Shown: positions 61,120-64,000 of the stretch, one piece after another
Layout of the letters: every line of letters begins with the position of its first letter
Position numbering within the stretch: position 1 is the stretch's first letter
Source: Longimicrobiales bacterium
Lineage (GTDB): Bacteria; Gemmatimonadota; Gemmatimonadetes; Longimicrobiales; Gaopeijiaceae
DNA length: 64,000 bases
Direction of reading: 5' to 3'
NCBI GenBank assembly: GCA_965238005.1
Contig: OZ250165.1
Location: 704,001-768,000, forward strand
Notes under the pieces: generated by a model
Told to the model about the DNA's origin: nothing
Databases searched by the model: none
What the model saw: only the letters and a program-made list of their open reading frames with translations
Made by a program: the position numbers and the translations under genes

Positions 61120-61418
61120 CGCCCGCTCCGGATCACGAGATGCCACGGCTCTTCGGCCCACTTGCCCGGGTCGAACCGCGCCGGGTAGCGGGTCCCGGCC
61201 CGGAGCACGCCAAGCATGTCCGGGTCTCTGCGGCCAGCCAGCCATCCGGCCCCGTAGCCCACCGCGAACACCACGCCGCCCGTCACCAGCGAAGCCGTCG
61301 CGTTCCACATCGCGAGCCCGAGCGTGGCGACGAGCAGAAACCCCCTACGCTCCACCCCCAGGATCGTGAGCGGACGGTTCAGCGCCGGATAGCCGGCCCA
61401 GCGCCTCAGACCCCTCAT
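61116..61418 (-). CDS. virB3: VirB3/TrbD-like protein
   Basis: ALNRPLTILGVER, two TM segments, RDP. Confidence 0.85.
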   Translation of the reverse strand: MRGLRRWAGYPALNRPLTILGVERRGFLLVATLGLAMWNATASLVTGGVVFAVGYGAGWLAGRRDPDMLGVLRAGTRYPARFDPGKWAEEPWHLVIRSGR

Positions 61419-61705
61419 CAGAATAGCCACGCCAGGAAGTTGGCCGCGCCCATCGCCATCCCGAGACCGAAGATGATCCCGGCCAGCGTCCGCTTGCTAC
61501 CGCCCTCGCCGAACGCAAACATCAGCCCGCCCACCACGATCGCGATCAGCGAGAGCCCCCTCGCGATCGGGCCCGTGAACTGCGCCTGCAGCTCGTTCAC
61601 CGCCTCCACCCACGGGCTCGTCCCCTGCGCCCACAGCAGCCCGGGGGACAGCAACCACAGCGCGGCCCAGGCCGCCGCTCGTACCGTCCTTATGAAAGGT
61701 TGCAT
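61418..61705 (-). CDS. virB2: VirB2/TrbC-like pilin
   Basis: Signal peptide; SPW..L..FTGPIARGLSLIAIVVGG. Confidence 0.88.
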   Translation of the reverse strand: MQPFIRTVRAAAWAALWLLSPGLLWAQGTSPWVEAVNELQAQFTGPIARGLSLIAIVVGGLMFAFGEGGSKRTLAGIIFGLGMAMGAANFLAWLF

Positions 61706-61740
61706 CGTCTGCTCCTTGGTCTCTCGCTGGGATGCGCCGG

Positions 61741-62232
61741 TCACTCGGCCTCGCCGCGGCTCAACGCGATCTGCTTGCGGATCCACTCGTCCACTTCCTC
61801 CTCGATCCAGCCGACAGCGCGCGCGCCTAGCTGGACGGGTCTGGGGAAGGACCCCTCGGCCAACCGCACATAGATCGTGCTCCGCCCGAGCCCCGTGCGA
61901 GCTTGCACGGCCGGGAGCCGCACGATGCGGATCGGCACCTCCATTTCCTGCACCATGGTTCTCGTCATCGGTCTGCCTCTGCGTTCTCTCGGGGATGAAT
62001 CCCGGAGCCGGTCGCTCCGGGAGGAAACAGGGTCCACACCGGCCTCGTCGAAGCCTTCCATGAACGCCAGGAGCTGATCGACCGTCGCGAGCGTCGGGGA
62101 GCGGCCATGGCGTAGCTCACGCACCAGGTTCGGATCGCCCACCGCCCGTCGGCCGAGCGTCGTCGGTCCCACTCCCGTGCGCTTGAGGAACGCATCCACT
62201 CGCGCCATGAAAAGCCCCTTCAGCGTCTCCAT
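61741..62232 (-). CDS. Cro-like HTH fused to an AlpA-family regulator
   Basis: PTTLGRRAVGDPNLVRELRHGRSPTL; IVRLPAVQARTGLGRSTIY..FPRPVQLGARAVGW. Confidence 0.85.
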   Translation of the reverse strand: METLKGLFMARVDAFLKRTGVGPTTLGRRAVGDPNLVRELRHGRSPTLATVDQLLAFMEGFDEAGVDPVSSRSDRLRDSSPRERRGRPMTRTMVQEMEVPIRIVRLPAVQARTGLGRSTIYVRLAEGSFPRPVQLGARAVGWIEEEVDEWIRKQIALSRGEAE

Positions 62233-62736
62233 GCGAGGGACGGTGAAGGCACTTGCGCAACTACGTCAATCCGTAGGATTTAACCGACGTTCTTAGTAGA
62301 ACTATTGGGATTTAATTAGGAGACCAGCCTGTCCGGCCGCTCCGCCAGCGGGGCGGCGAGCGGGTCCGGGCGAGGCGCTAGAAGCCGGGGAGAGCGTGGA
62401 CCGCGGTCCGGCAAGACGCGACTTGTCAGCAGTACTTGATCCAATGCGGCAGACGCCGGTTCCTGGCCGGCCACTCCCGCACCCTTCGGCAGAGCATCCG
62501 GCTCTCTGCCCGAACGGCTCAGGCAAGACCGGATCCTGCCTCAGTAAGTGCTGCTATATGTCCTGAACGCTGGCAGATGGCGGGTTATGCCGACGGGCTA
62601 CCGTGTGCGGGCCGAGAGCGCCCCGCGCGCTACACCGGGACCGGTGGTACATGAAGAGCGGGAGCAGGCAAGGACCCGTACCGTATGGCCGATTTCGTCT
62701 TCTGTAACGATCTTCCAGTGTCAGACCGAGAAATCT

Positions 62737-63732
62737 ATGGACGACTCATCGCGTCAGGACGAGCAGCTGATGGAGCATTTTCGCCGACTCGGCAACCGTA
62801 TCTCGATATCGATTCCGCCAGACGAGAACTCCTTCACCGGACGGGAGTGCCCACAGCCGGATTGCGAGGGTTACTTCAAGATTGAATTTGGCACTGGTCT
62901 AGAGGGCGGCGGACTCCCGTGCCACTGCCCTTATTGCGGTCACGCAGCTGGGCAAGATCAGTTCTATACCAAGGCGCAACTCGAATACGCTAAGTCTGTC
63001 GGACTGCGAAAGATCACCGCCGCGATTCAGAAGGACCTCAAGAAGCTGGAGTTTGACCACAAACCGAAAGGCCCATTCGGCATAGGCTTGTCGATGAAGG
63101 TCACGCCAGGTCCGCAGCCTCCAATCCGCTACTACAGGGAGACACAGCTCGAAACCGAGGTCCTCTGTACCCACTGTACACTCCGGTACTCGGTATACGG
63201 CGTCTTCGCCTTCTGCCCGGACTGCGGCCAACACAACTCGATCCAAATCCTTGAGAAAAACCTCGCGATGGTGGGCAAGATGTTGAAGATGGTAACGAGG
63301 GAAGATAATAATCTTGCCGAAAAGTTCATTGAGAACGCCTTGGAAGACTGCGTTTCCTCCTTTGACGGGTTCGGGCGTGAGCTATGCCGGGTACACGCGA
63401 ACAAGGCACGGAGTCCAGAGAAGGCGGAAAAGATGAATTTTCAAAATCTGGAGAACGCGAGACAAGGTTTTCTGGATCTGTTCGGGATTGATTTGTCTGC
63501 TGCGGTAGAGTTGGAGGAGTGGAAGACGGCTACCATAGCGTTCCAGAAGCGTCATCTCATCGCACACAAACTGAGTGTTGTGGATCAGGGCTACATAACG
63601 AAGACTGGTGACACCCGTGCCGTCGTGGGGCGGAAGATTGTTATCGATGCTGGCGAAGTGCAGGGCCTCGCTGAAGTCGTTAACACCCTGGCTCTGCACA
63701 TGGCAGCGGTGCTCCAGAAGGCAGATGAATAG
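62737..63732 (+). CDS. Zinc-ribbon plus HEPN-like protein
   Basis: CPxxxC, CPYC, CTHC and CPDC pairs; C-terminal FQKRHLIAH (RxxxxH). Confidence 0.75.
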   Translation: MDDSSRQDEQLMEHFRRLGNRISISIPPDENSFTGRECPQPDCEGYFKIEFGTGLEGGGLPCHCPYCGHAAGQDQFYTKAQLEYAKSVGLRKITAAIQKDLKKLEFDHKPKGPFGIGLSMKVTPGPQPPIRYYRETQLETEVLCTHCTLRYSVYGVFAFCPDCGQHNSIQILEKNLAMVGKMLKMVTREDNNLAEKFIENALEDCVSSFDGFGRELCRVHANKARSPEKAEKMNFQNLENARQGFLDLFGIDLSAAVELEEWKTATIAFQKRHLIAHKLSVVDQGYITKTGDTRAVVGRKIVIDAGEVQGLAEVVNTLALHMAAVLQKADE

Positions 63733-64000
63733 ACGAGATTCGCCGGTAAGGAGAACGGAATCACAGATCACCAACCGATCGATCTCGTATCATAAGCCGA
63801 GACCGACCACCCGCGCGAGGTCATCAAGGCGGCGCTCGTCCATGCCACTCAGAGGGGCGCAATACGGGAGAAATGAGAGTGGCCGCGGCATGCAACATGC
63901 TTACGATTCGCGCTCCAAGATCAACCACATGCTCTGGAACGTCAGCGTGTTCGCAGACAGACGGTAGGCTTGCAGCTCGAACGTTCATCGAACAAGGAGC

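Noticed and set aside
1..64000. CRISPR array, cas genes, rRNA or tRNA
   Set aside because: No regularly spaced repeats, cas-like ORFs or cloverleaf motifs seen by eye; att junctions were checked specifically for tRNA 3' ends.

Overview
High-GC, heavily nested accessory region with no rRNA, tRNA or CRISPR array that I can see. The backbone is a fragmented integrative conjugative element (ICE). One part runs on the minus strand from 62232: Cro/AlpA regulator, virB2-B3-B4-B9-B10-trbJ-like-B6-B8, an uncharacterised ~306-aa gene (here called the MIAHL family) and the 5' part of virD4. The other part runs on the plus strand from 6041 to 11700: the 3' part of virD4, virB11, a tiny acidic protein, ardC, a Replic_Relax-like relaxase, an excisionase-like gene and an integrase. 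The most notable signal is four P4-type tyrosine integrases (4725, 11702, 35260, 52044). None sits at a tRNA; each has its att-like upstream end fused to a broken protein-coding gene. One defines a precisely bounded 15.5-kb defence cassette (13-bp direct repeat CTTGAGCGGGAAG at 37903 and 53408) whose excision would restore the MIAHL gene in frame. Its close paralogue inserted in virD4 at the same CTT-N7-AAG core but with a different 7-bp overlap. These elements carry two families of repeated, structured non-coding modules (candidate oriT/sso). Cargo is dominated by defence genes: two GmrSD, McrBC (IS1182-disrupted), an MmeI-like pseudogene, NucS-like and other PD-(D/E)xK nucleases, a helicase-nuclease, two HEPN-motif proteins, and PIN and DUF4160/DUF2442 toxin-antitoxin-like pairs. 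IS1-, IS3-, IS256- and IS1182-family elements and a few ordinary host-type genes (14.8-20.4 kb) are also present. All family assignments come from motif recognition by eye, not from database searches.
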